This document shows positions 33,834 through 44,055 of a stretch of DNA of 64,000 nucleotides, piece by piece. The translations under genes were made by a program, and so were the position numbers. Origin of the DNA: Vulcanimicrobiota bacterium (GTDB lineage Bacteria; Vulcanimicrobiota; Vulcanimicrobiia; Vulcanimicrobiales; Vulcanimicrobiaceae); NCBI GenBank assembly GCA_963795855.1, contig CAWCIZ010000003.1, positions 320,001 to 384,000 on the forward strand, in the 5' to 3' direction. The notes beneath the pieces were generated by a model. The model made no database searches and was not told the origin of the DNA. It worked only from the letters and a program-made list of their open reading frames with translations. Position 1 is the first letter of the stretch; each line of letters starts with the position of its first letter.

Positions 33834-34919
33834 TTGTGCAGCGTGCTCACCGCGCTGCTCGTCACGTCGGCCGCGACGTTGTTCGAAAGCGCGCCGTTCA
33901 TTCTCGCCGCAACGCTGCTCGTCCGGGTGCCGTTGCGGTGGAACGCGCGGATCGACGCGTACCTCGGATGCGGGTGCGGGGCCGGTCCCTCCGCGCGTTC
34001 GCTGCCCGCCGCCGCCGCGACGTGGCTGGTCTTCGGACCGCTCGTTGCCGGCGCGCGGCTTGCCGCGGCATTGCTCGTCGATCGGCTGCACCGCAAGCGC
34101 GCGTCGTGCGATCACCGCAGCGACTCGGCACCGCTCTGCGAGCTCCGGCTGCTGTTGCCGATTGCGGCAATCGGATCGTGCGCCGTGCTGCTGTTGCCGT
34201 TACTTATTTCGTCTAACGCCCCTCCGGCAGCGCTGTTCCTACTCGGCGCCGGCGCAGCTTTTGTGATTGCTCCGTGCGCGCTCGGCACGGTCGGCTTGGC
34301 CGCGACCCTTCGCGCGATGCTGCCGCCCGCGGCCGCGGGCTTCCTGTGCGTCGCCGGAATCGCGGATTTACGCGCTTGGATCGCTCGCCGGGAATCTGCG
34401 CAGAGCCACGACGCCTTCGCGTATGCCGTTGCTGCGCTGGCCTGCGCTATCGTCGCGGGGCGCGGCGGAGACGGCCTGCTGCATCCGCGGCTTGCCGCGG
34501 CCTTGTGGCCGTGCGCGTTCGCGGCGGCTTATTGTGCGGTCCGTTTCCGGGAGCAAAGCTCGCCGAGTTTGCGCATCGCACCGATCGTCATGTTCGCGGG
34601 CGCACTCGCGAGCGCTCCGGTACCGCACTATCACGCGACGGAAACCACGATCGCGGACGCATTCGCCGGCGAGCGCGTGGATTTCACCGGCATGCTGACG
34701 CGTACCGGCCATGCGGCGACGCTCGTTCGATATGCGATTACGTGCTGCCGCGCGGATGCTGCGCCGATCGTCGTGCGTTTACTGCACGCACCTCCGCCGC
34801 ATCTTCGCGGGTGGATGCGCGCGAGCGGCGTTTTGGTTGCGCGCGGCGCCACGCTGCAGCTCCAAACGGCGTCGCTGACCCCCATCGATCCGCCGAACGA
34901 TCCGTTCGTGTACCGCTAG
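33834..34919 (+). CDS. Membrane protein: permease-like N-terminus plus DUF1980-like C-terminal domain
   Basis: Multi-TM with FESAPF and CGCG; C-terminal RYAITCCRADA...PPNDPFVY. Confidence 0.6.
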   Translation: MCSVLTALLVTSAATLFESAPFILAATLLVRVPLRWNARIDAYLGCGCGAGPSARSLPAAAATWLVFGPLVAGARLAAALLVDRLHRKRASCDHRSDSAPLCELRLLLPIAAIGSCAVLLLPLLISSNAPPAALFLLGAGAAFVIAPCALGTVGLAATLRAMLPPAAAGFLCVAGIADLRAWIARRESAQSHDAFAYAVAALACAIVAGRGGDGLLHPRLAAALWPCAFAAAYCAVRFREQSSPSLRIAPIVMFAGALASAPVPHYHATETTIADAFAGERVDFTGMLTRTGHAATLVRYAITCCRADAAPIVVRLLHAPPPHLRGWMRASGVLVARGATLQLQTASLTPIDPPNDPFVYR

Positions 34920-35302
34920 GCGCGCGGCTCGAGCAATTCCACCGGTATGCCGTTCGGATCCTCGACGAACGCGATCGCGCGCGAACCACCGGGCGACTTT
35001 TTGACGTCTTTGAGAACCTTCACGCCTTTAGCACGCAATCGCGCGACGTACTCTTCGAGGTCGCCGTCCACCTCGACCGCTAAATGTTCGTAGCGGTTGC
35101 CCAACTCGTACGGCGGATGCTCTTCCAAGTCGTAGACGAGTTCGATGTACGCATTCCAGCTGTCGCCGACGAAGGCCATGTCGGCGTTGCCTGGATAATG
35201 AAACGGACCGTCGAGGAGTTTCATGCCGATCGCTTGGGTGTAGAAATCGATCGACTCTTGCATGTCGTTCACGAAGATCGACGTGTGCAGATACCGCGGC
35301 AT
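34916..35302 (-). CDS. VOC/glyoxalase I family protein
   Basis: YLHTSIFV, IELVY, HLAV, FVEDPNGIPVEL. Confidence 0.9.
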   Translation of the reverse strand: MPRYLHTSIFVNDMQESIDFYTQAIGMKLLDGPFHYPGNADMAFVGDSWNAYIELVYDLEEHPPYELGNRYEHLAVEVDGDLEEYVARLRAKGVKVLKDVKKSPGGSRAIAFVEDPNGIPVELLEPRA

Positions 35303-35319
35303 GCTGCCTCTATACCCGG

Positions 35320-36882
35320 CTAGTGCAGGAAATACCGATGCGTTGAGAAGACGAGCGCGACGCCGAGCCGGTCGGCCGCAGCGATCACTTCCGCGTCGCG
35401 CACCGATCCTTGCGGCGCTATGATGGCCGTGCACCCGGCTTGCGCCGCCGTCTCCAAACCGTCCGCGAACGGAAAGAATCCGTCGCTCGCGCACGCGGCT
35501 CCGACCGCGTTTTCGCCGGCGCGGACCGCGGCTATCTTTACAGCGCTTACGCGATTCGTTTGACCCGCGCAGATGCCCCGCGTCGCACCGCCCTTGACCA
35601 AGACGATGCCGTTGCTCTTCACGTGCCGGACGACGTCCCAAGCGAACGCGAGATCGTGCCACTCCTGTGAGGAAGGCTGTCGTTTGCTTACGACGCGCCA
35701 CGTCTCCGGCTTGAACGAACGGTCCTCTTCTTCCGCGAGCACGCCGCCCAGCGCGCTGCGAAGCTGAACCTCGCGCTGCAAATCGTCGGGGAGATCCGGC
35801 GCGTATCGCATTATGCGAAGATTTTTCTTTTTCTTGAGCAGCGCGAGCGCATCGTTCTCGAATTCGGGCGCCGCCACGATCTCTAGAAAGAAGGCCGACA
35901 ATGCCTGAGCCGTCGCGGCATCCACCTTTGAATCCACCGCGATGATCCCGCCGAACGCCGAAACCGGATCCGCTTCGAGCGCGTCGCGTACGGCCTTTTC
36001 GGTGGAGGAACGCTGGGCGACGCCGCACGGCACAGTATGCTTCACGATTGCCGCGCGTACGAAGCGTTCGCGTTCCGAACCGATTTCGGCTCCGAGCGCC
36101 GCGCGCGAGAGCAATCGCAGCGTCGCATCCAAATCGAGCAGATTGTTGTAGGAAAGTGCCTTACCATGGAGTTGTTCGGGCAATTGCTGCGGCCGGCTCA
36201 AATAGAACGCCGCTCGCAGCTGCGGGTTTTCGCCGTAACGCAGCGGCTGCGCGAGCGGCATCGTCAACGTGAGTGCGCCGGGAAGCTCGCTCGGAAGCAC
36301 CTCGCCCTCCGTCGCCAAATAATGCGCGATGGCGGCGTCGTATTCCGCAGTGCGTTCGAACGCAGTGACCGCTAAGCGGCGCCTCGCGCTTTCGTCCAGG
36401 CCGCCGGATTGAAAGGCCTTGAGAAAAGCCGGATATTGCGCCGGGTGGCTTAGTATGGTGACGTTTTTGAAATTCTTCGCCGCCGCGCGAAGCAGGGACA
36501 CGCCGCCGATATCGATCTGTTCGATCGCTTCGGAGAGCGTCGTTCCGGTTTTCGTGACCGTCGCTTCGAACGGGTACAAATTTACGACGATCGTGCGAAG
36601 ATCGTGAATCGCATAAGTGCGCGCCTGCTCGTTGTGCGTCCCGCTGCCGCGGTCGTACAAAATCGCACCGAAAACTTTCGGATGCAGCGTCTTGACGCGC
36701 CCGTCGAAGAGCGGCGGAAAACCCGTCAACTCCTCGACGTCGCGGACATCGATGCGGTTCGAAGCGAGAAAGGCGCGCGTGCCGCCCGTTGCGTAGATCG
36801 TTATTCCGCGCCCGGCGAGCGCTTTTGCGACCTCCGCCGCACCTGTTTTATCCGAAAGTGAGAACAGCGCCGCCTCAGGCAA
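35320..36882 (-). CDS. purH: Bifunctional AICAR transformylase/IMP cyclohydrolase
   Basis: SLSDKTG, GRVKTLHP, IDIGG, RYGENP, KSNGI, ASDGFFPF. Confidence 0.97.
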   Translation of the reverse strand: MPEAALFSLSDKTGAAEVAKALAGRGITIYATGGTRAFLASNRIDVRDVEELTGFPPLFDGRVKTLHPKVFGAILYDRGSGTHNEQARTYAIHDLRTIVVNLYPFEATVTKTGTTLSEAIEQIDIGGVSLLRAAAKNFKNVTILSHPAQYPAFLKAFQSGGLDESARRRLAVTAFERTAEYDAAIAHYLATEGEVLPSELPGALTLTMPLAQPLRYGENPQLRAAFYLSRPQQLPEQLHGKALSYNNLLDLDATLRLLSRAALGAEIGSERERFVRAAIVKHTVPCGVAQRSSTEKAVRDALEADPVSAFGGIIAVDSKVDAATAQALSAFFLEIVAAPEFENDALALLKKKKNLRIMRYAPDLPDDLQREVQLRSALGGVLAEEEDRSFKPETWRVVSKRQPSSQEWHDLAFAWDVVRHVKSNGIVLVKGGATRGICAGQTNRVSAVKIAAVRAGENAVGAACASDGFFPFADGLETAAQAGCTAIIAPQGSVRDAEVIAAADRLGVALVFSTHRYFLH

Positions 36883-39800
36883 GCGCGGGCTCCGGTTCCC
36901 GTTCGCGAGCGAGTTCCGCGGAGATGATCGAGCTAATCCCGGCCTCACCCATCGTCACGCCGTACATGCGGTCGGCAAGTTCCATGGTCTGCTTGTTGTG
37001 CGTGACGATGATCATTTGCGATCCGCCGCCGGCCAGCTCGCGAACCATCTTCGAGAAACGCTCGACGTTGGCATCGTCCAGCGCCGCGTCGACCTCGTCC
37101 AGCAGATAGAACGGCGACGGCCGCACTTTGATGAGCGCGAAGATCAGCGCGGCGGCGGTCATTGCACGCTCTCCGCCGGAAAGCGTCGGGAGCGGCATGA
37201 GTTTTTTGCCCGGCGGCTGCACGGAGATTTCGATACCGGTCTCCGAAAGATTCTCCGGGTTGGTTTGCCACATTTTGGCTTGTCCGCCCGGGAACAGCCG
37301 CGCGTACATGTCCGTGAAGGCTTCGGAGACTTGGTTGAACGTTTCGTTGAATTGCATCTGCGTTTGCTGTTCGATCTCGCGAATGGACTGGAGCAGCGTT
37401 TCGCGCGCTTTGGAAAGATCGTCCAGCTGCGCGCGCAAGAACTGCTCGCGCTCCGAAATCTCCTGGCGATCCGTCTCCGCGTTCAAGTTGACGTTCGACA
37501 AGCGTGCGAGATCCTCGCGCAGCCTGGGAAGATCGTCGGCCGCCGCGTCCGGTTCCTCGCTGTAGCGCTGCTCCACGTCGCGGCACTCGTCGTCCGTCGC
37601 GGGATTTTGCGCGAATTGCGAAACCAGCATCCCTGAGCTCCGCTTCGATCTCCGCGAGCCGCGTGCGATGGCGCTCGCCGCCGGCCTGCGCATCGCGTTC
37701 TTCCAGTTCGGCGCTGCGCATGTCCGCTTCCAAGCGCGTCACGGCATCGCCGAGCGCTTCACGTTCGCGACGCGCGCTCTCAAAGGCGGCGTCCGCCTGC
37801 GACACCCGCGCGCGCAGCGACTCCAACTGTTCGGAAGCCCGCTCGAGCTGTTCCCGCAAGCCGGAGATTTCGGCGGCCATGTGTTCGCGCGCGGCGCGGG
37901 CGCGTTCCCGGTCCTGATCGATGATTCCGAGGCGCCCCTTCGCGCCGTCGCGCTCGGCTGTAAGCGCAGCATACCGCTCGCGCAGATCCCCGCCACGCGC
38001 GCTCGCTTGCGCCTGCAGAAACTCCGCCGAAGCGATACGGTGGCGCGCATCCGCAAGATCGTTCTCGAGGCGCAGCCGGTCTTCGTCGCTGCGCGCCTCT
38101 TCGGGTTTCGCGCTTTCCAGATCGCGTTCGCGCTCGCGGGCTTGCGCGGCGGATGCAACCAATTCTTTTAAACCTTTTCGCGCAGCGTCCAACTCGTGCT
38201 GCATGCGTTCGACTTGCGCGGTAACGCCCGCCATTTCGCCGCGCACTTCCGTGAGCGCGACTTCCGCGTGGCGCAAAGCCTGCGCCGCTTCGTCGCGCCG
38301 GGCGACCGCCGCCTGGCCCGCGCGAGTGGTTTCTTGCGCCGCCTTTTCCAAGCGCGCAAGCTGCGCTTGCATTTCTCCCAGTCTGCTCGCGCAGCGTCTG
38401 CGCCTGCACGCGCCGTGACAGAATCGACTTCTCACGCTGATAGCGCCCGCCGGTAATCGCGCCGCCGCCGGTGATTTGTTCCCCTGAAAGGGTAACGATG
38501 GTATCGCGCAAACCGCGGCTGCGCACCAAAAAGATACCCGTCTGCAGCGTATCGACCACCAGCACGTTGCCGACGAGGAACTTCACGATGCTGTCGTAGT
38601 GGGGCTGCGTGCGAATGAGCGTATGCGCGTAGCCGATGACGCCGCGGACGTCGCGCAGATCGGGCGTTAGTTCTTTCCCCGTGCGGTTCTGCAGCGTGTC
38701 GAGCGGCAGGAACGTCGCGCGCCCCGATTCCTTTGCGTTCAAGTAGTCGATGGCGCGTTCCGCGTCTTCGGACGTGCGCGTGATGATGTTCGAGAGCCGT
38801 GCCCCGAACGCGACGTCCATCGCGCGCGCGTATTGTTCGTCAGTGGTGATCAGGTTGGAAACGACGCCGTCGATGCCGCGCATCTCGCCGCGTTTGGCGG
38901 CTTCGATAACGGCCCGTGTTCCGGGGACGTGCCCCTCCATTGAATTCTCGAGCTCTTCTATCGTGTGCAGGCGCGATTGCGCGGCGGCGACTTCGCTCGC
39001 ATATTCCCGATGCGCCGTGATGGCGTGCGAAAGATCGCCCTGCGTCGGCGCCACGCCGCGTTCGGCGTCTTCGAAGCGGCCCCGCGCCTCCACGAGTTGC
39101 GTCTCCAACTGCGCGAGATCCCGTTCGCGTTCTGCAAACTTGTGCGTTGCCGCGCCGCACGCAATCTCGAGTTGTTCGGCGCGCGCGCGCGCGTTTGCCG
39201 CTTCACGCTCCAAACGCTCGGCTTCGGCGCGGGCGTTTTCGCCCTGAACCCGCCGCTCCGCTTTGCGTGCTGCTACGGCCGATGCGGCCGCTTCGACTTC
39301 GCGCAACCGCGTGAAGATCGCATCCAGTTCGCCGCGCGCTCCCGACAGCGCGCTCTGCGCCTGCAACTCGGCCTCACGTGCCGATTCGAGATCTTGGGCG
39401 AGCGGCGCAATGCGCGATTCGAGGTCGGCGACGGCGGCTTCGAGCGTTTCACGCTCGTGCTGCACGCGAGCGGCGTCTTCCGAGGTCTGCGTGCTTTGCG
39501 CTTCCAGCGTTTCACGGCGAGCGAGCGCCGCCGCGTAGTCCGCCTCCAGGCGCGCGAGTTCCGCGCGCAAGGACTGGCTTTGGGTGCGCAATTCTTCGAC
39601 TTGCAGCTCGTGCTTGTACACGCGCGTTCGCGCCTGCGCGAGCTGTGCGCCCAGCGATGCGGCTTTGGCGGCGGCTGCACTGCGTACTTCTTCGTTGCGA
39701 TCGAGCTCGGCTTTGAGCGTCTCGCGTTCGCTGCGGCGCGATGCGCTCGCGCGAATGTACGAAAGAATTTCCAAATCGCGAACGCGTGCGCTCAGTTTGC

Positions 39801-40446
39801 GATACCGCTTGGCACGGCGAACCTGCGTGTCGAGTTCGGGGATCCGCCGTTCCAATTCCGCAATCAAGTCGTTGATGCGGATCGCGTTTTGCTCGGTTTG
39901 CTCCAAGCGCCGCATCGATTCGTTCTTGCGGGCCAAGAATTTGTTGATGCCGGCGGTCTCTTCGAACAACGCGCGGCGGTCCGTGGGTTTGCTAGTGAGA
40001 ATCGAGTCGATTTGGCCCTGAGAAACGATCGAATACGATCCCGGCCCCAAACCCGTGCCCATCAGCAGGTCCAGGATATCGCGCAGACGGCACTGATTGC
40101 GGTTGATGTAGTACTCGATCTCGCCGGCGCGGTACGCGCGACGCGTAATCTCCACTTCGGTGAAGTCGATGGGCAGCCGCCGATCGCTGTTGTCGAACGT
40201 GAGCGATACTTCGGCCAGGCCGAGCGGCTTGCGCTTCTCGTTGCCCGCAAAGATGACGTCTTCCATTTTGCCGGAGCGCAGACTCTTGCTGCTCTGCTCG
40301 CCGAGCACCCAGCGGAACGCGTCGATGAGATTGGACTTGCCGGAACCGTTCGGACCGACGACTGCAGTAATGCCGCCGCCGAACTCCATCGTGGTGGGTT
40401 CCGCGAACGTTTTGAATCCGAACGTTTTGATCTGTTTAAGTTTCAT
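36875..40446 (-). CDS. smc: Chromosome segregation protein SMC (frameshifts ~38385 and ~37632)
   Basis: GFKTF, GPNGSGKSN, hinge GRATFLPL, LSGGE, LDEVDAALD. Confidence 0.97.
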
Positions 40447-40796
40447 TGTAAAAGGCGCTGCGCCCCAGGCTCCGCGCCCCCCGTAAAACGGGGCCCCCAC
40501 GATCTCATGGCGCCTGAGCTCTCGAGTAGCGCAAACTCTCCCCGAGGGCGCCGCGTAGATTGCAATTCGCGATTGTAAAAGGCGCTGCGCCCCAGGCTCC
40601 GCGCCCCCCGTAAACGGGGCCCCCACGATCTCATGGCGCCTGAATGCCGTGCTAGTAGCGCAAACTCTCCCCGAGGGCGCCGCGTAGATTGCAATGCGCG
40701 ATTGTAAAATGCGCTGCGCCCCAGGCTCCGCGCTCCCCGAGGGCGCCGCGTAGATTGCAATGCGCGATTGTAAAAGGCGCTGCGCCCCAGGCTCCG
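40445..40796. repeat. Tandem array (two ~128 bp units, one 66 bp unit, one partial unit) between rnc and smc
   Basis: ATTGTAAAA(G/T)GCGCTGCGCCCCAGGCTCCG starts at 40445, 40572, 40701 and 40767. Confidence 0.97.
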
Positions 40797-40804
40797 TAGC
40801 CGTT

Positions 40805-41533
40805 TCATTTGTTCCTGGTTCTCTTGCCGGCATTCGCACGTGGGGCCGCAAGCAAGGTCTCTAAAGCCTTGCTCGCGGCCTCGATTTGTGCTTGTTTCTT
40901 TGACCTGCCGGTTCCTGAACCCAGCACCGTATCCTTGAGGATAACCTGCGAAGTAAATTCGGGGGCCTGCGGCGTCCCGACCGCCTCGTCGCGGTACACC
41001 GGAACTTGACGATAGCGCTCCTGCATCACGTGCTGCAGCCGCGACTTCGAATCGGTGACGGACTCCTCGGATAGATCGACCAGTTGCAGATGCTGTTCGA
41101 CCAAGAAACGGCGCGCTCTGTTCTCGCCGTACCGCAAATGCAGCGCGCCGACGAACGCCTCGAACGCATCGGCGAGAATCGTTTCGTTCTGCGCGCCGCC
41201 GGCGCGGGTCATCCCTTCACCCAGCAGCATGATCTCCGGAAATCCGAGACGCAGCGCCGTCTGGGCAAGCGCGCGATCGTTCACGAGCGCGGCTTTACGC
41301 TGCGTGAGCCACCCTTCGTCTTGGTCCGAGTGATGCTCGTACAGCCACGTTGCCGCGACGAAGCCCAGCACCGAGTCGCCCAAGAACTCCAGCCGTTCGT
41401 TCGAGATCTCGCCCCGTTCGCGTGCCGCGCTTTCGTGCAGAAAAGCCTGCTCGAACAGATCCAAATCGGCCGGCGCAGCGTGCGCTTTTTTTAGCAACGC
41501 GCGCAAGCGGCGGCGGCGCTGTTCTCCCGCCAT
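40805..41533 (-). CDS. rnc: Ribonuclease III
   Basis: NERLEFLGDSVL, ADAFEA, C-terminal dsRBD. Confidence 0.96.
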   Translation of the reverse strand: MAGEQRRRRLRALLKKAHAAPADLDLFEQAFLHESAARERGEISNERLEFLGDSVLGFVAATWLYEHHSDQDEGWLTQRKAALVNDRALAQTALRLGFPEIMLLGEGMTRAGGAQNETILADAFEAFVGALHLRYGENRARRFLVEQHLQLVDLSEESVTDSKSRLQHVMQERYRQVPVYRDEAVGTPQAPEFTSQVILKDTVLGSGTGRSKKQAQIEAASKALETLLAAPRANAGKRTRNK

Positions 41534-41542
41534 AAGACGCCG

Positions 41543-42797
41543 TTAGTCGCGCACCTTGGCGAACACGAGAACGCTGTTGTGGCCGCCGAAGCCGAACGAG
41601 TTCGAGAACGCGACGTTCACGGGCGCTTTGCGCGCGACGTTCGGGACGTAGTCCAGCACGCATTCCGGGTCCGGGCTTTCGTAATTGATCGTGGGCGGCA
41701 TGATGTCGTTTTGCACCGCGAGCACCGTCGCGACGCCTTCGATGCCTCCGGCGGCGCCAAGCGCGTGCCCGTGCATCGATTTCGTCGAACTGACCGCCGC
41801 CTTCACCGCGCCATCGACCCCCAGAACGCGTTCGATCGCTTGCGATTCAGCCGCGTCCCCTTGCGGCGTCGAGGTGCCGTGAGCGTTGATGTAATCCACG
41901 TCGCCGGCTTGAACGCCGCTGATTTCGAGCGCGCGCGCAAGCGCCAGTTCGACACCGCGCGCTTTCGGGATCCGGTGCGACGAGATTGTACGCGTCGGCC
42001 GATTGTCCGTAGCCGATCATCTCGCAATAGATGCGCGCGCCCCGCGCTTTTGCGTGATCGTACTCCTCGAGGACGAGTACGCCCGCGCCTTCGCCGAGCA
42101 CGAAGCCGTCGCGTTCTTTGTCGAACGGGCGGCTCGCGCGAGCCGGATCGTCGTTGCGAGTCGACATCGCTTTCATCGAACAAAACCCGCCAACGGCAAG
42201 AGGCGAAATCGTAGCTTCACTGCCGCCGGTCACCATCATCGGCACCTCTCCGGACGCGACGTAATGATATGCGCTGACGATAGCGTCGTTTCCGCTCGCA
42301 CACGCGCTCGACACGGCGAAAAGCGGGCCGCGCAGACGGAACGCCATAGAGATCTGCGCCGAAGCCGCGTTCGCCATCAGCATCGGAATGAAGAACGGGG
42401 TAACCTTGGACCACGTGCCGTCGCGGTTCGCCTTCTCCGAACTTTGCCAAAACGTCAGAATGCCGCCGATGCCCGTTGCAATGATCGCGCCGGAGCGGTC
42501 GAGCAAGTTTGGTTCCGAGAGATCGAGCCCTGAGTCTTCGATCGCTTCTTTTGCCGCGACCATGGCGAGATGCGAGAAGCGATCCATGCGTTTGGATTCG
42601 CGCTTGCCCAGGAGCGCTTCGGCGTCGAAGTCTTTTACTTCGGCCGCGAAACGCGTCGAGAAGTCCGTCGCGTCGAACGCCGTAATGGGCCCGACGCCGC
42701 TTTCCCCGGCGATGAGCCGGCGCCAGAATTCGTCCTTGGTGTTTCCCAAGGGCGTCACCGCGCCCAGGCCGGTGACGACGACACGTCGCTTGTTCAA
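41543..42797 (-). CDS. fabF: 3-oxoacyl-ACP synthase II (frameshift ~41955)
   Basis: VVVTGLG, SACASG, NAHGTST, SNSFGFGG. Confidence 0.96.
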
Positions 42798-42854
42798 AAC
42801 GCGGTGAAGTTACGGCGGGTCCGGGCGGTCCCCTCTTGCGAATTACCTTCCCCA

Positions 42855-43662
42855 ATGGCAAGGCAACTCGCGGTTCTTCTTTTGATAGGCCTGTTCGCGG
42901 CAGGTGCGATGCCTGGCCGGGCCCGCGTCCAGCCGATATTTCCCGCGGCGTTCGTGCCGCCGCCCATACTCATGTATCACCGCATCGATTCCGATCGCCC
43001 GGCCGATGCCGTCGGCCGCGAGCTCACCGTCACGCCCGAGCAGTTCGAAGCACAGCTCGCTTACCTGCAGAGCCGAGGCGTAGCCGGCATCAGCATGCAG
43101 CAGTTGCTGGAGCGATTGGAGACGGGAGACTCCGCTCGATCACGTAGTCGTCCTAACGTTCGACGACGGCTATGCGGATCAGTATTCGTACGCGTTGCCG
43201 TTGCTGCACCGCTACGGCGATCGCGCGACCTTTTTCATCATCACGAGCTTGGTGGGAAAGCCGCGGCATCTCACGTGGCCGCAGCTGGAGGTGATGAGCG
43301 CTCTCGGGGAAGACCTCGCCGCCCATGGGGTGCAGCACGATGACCTCTCGCTGATGCCGGCCGCCGAGCAGGCGGCGCAAATCGACGGCTCACTGCGCTT
43401 ACTTCGCGAGAAACTGCACGTCGCGGCCGCCTCTTACTGCTATCCTTCCGGCCGCTTCAATAGGGAGACGCTCGACCTCGTGCGGCGTGCCGGCGTCGAC
43501 CTTGCGGTGACGACCGACCCGAAGTACGTGATCGGGCCGGAGAACCGCTTCGAGATGCCACGCATCCGCGTGCGCGGCGAATGGAGCCTGCCCGCCTTCG
43601 CGGCGGCGCTGCGAGGTGCGTCGGAGCGCGCGCGGATCGTCCGGCGCGATTCGGTCATTTGA
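42855..43662 (+). CDS. Secreted polysaccharide deacetylase, CE4/NodB family (frameshift ~43130)
   Basis: Signal peptide, PILMYH, LTFDDG, H...H, YCYPSG. Confidence 0.9.
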
Positions 43663-43687
43663 CGCGTCCGGCGGCCTCTGCTATAGT
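43659..43687 (+). promoter_or_regulatory. Sigma70-type promoter for rpmA
   Basis: TTGACG-17 nt-TATAGT with an extended -10 TG; ATG 9 nt downstream. Confidence 0.75.
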
Positions 43688-43696
43688 ATCGCGGCT

Positions 43697-43978
43697 ATGT
43701 TCCTTTTCGATCTCCAGCTTTTCGCGTCCAAGAAGGGCGCGGGCTCCACGCGTAACGGCCGCGATTCGAACGCGCAGCGGCTTGGCGTTAAGAAATTCGG
43801 CGGCCAAGTGGTCATCGCCGGCAACATCCTCGTCCGCCAGCGCGGCACGCGCTTCTACCCGGGCGAGAACGTCGGTCTCGGAAAGGATCACACCCTCTTC
43901 GCGCTCGCGGACGGCACGGTCGAATTTGCGACGCATCGCAATCGCCAGCACGTTCACGTCCGCCCCGCGCTCGCGTAA
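43697..43978 (+). CDS. rpmA: 50S ribosomal protein L27 with N-terminal extension
   Basis: [32 protein letters not shown]. Confidence 0.97.
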   Translation: MFLFDLQLFASKKGAGSTRNGRDSNAQRLGVKKFGGQVVIAGNILVRQRGTRFYPGENVGLGKDHTLFALADGTVEFATHRNRQHVHVRPALA

Positions 43979-44003
43979 CGCGCGAGCCGAAAACTCTTCG
44001 CAA

Positions 44004-44035
44004 GGTCGGTCCGGAAACGGGCCGATTTTGCTTTT
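44004..44035 (+). terminator. Intrinsic terminator after rpmA
   Basis: TCGGTCCG-GAAA-CGGGCCGA hairpin followed by TTTTGCTTTT. Confidence 0.65.
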
Positions 44036-44055
44036 CCGGCTAAGATAAACCGCTA

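Noticed and set aside
40447..40851. Long N-terminal extension of SMC (and the similar long gmhA ORF start at 30406)
   Set aside because: The ORF finder read through repeat DNA or the accB region; the canonical SMC start MKLKQIKTFGFKTF is at 40446
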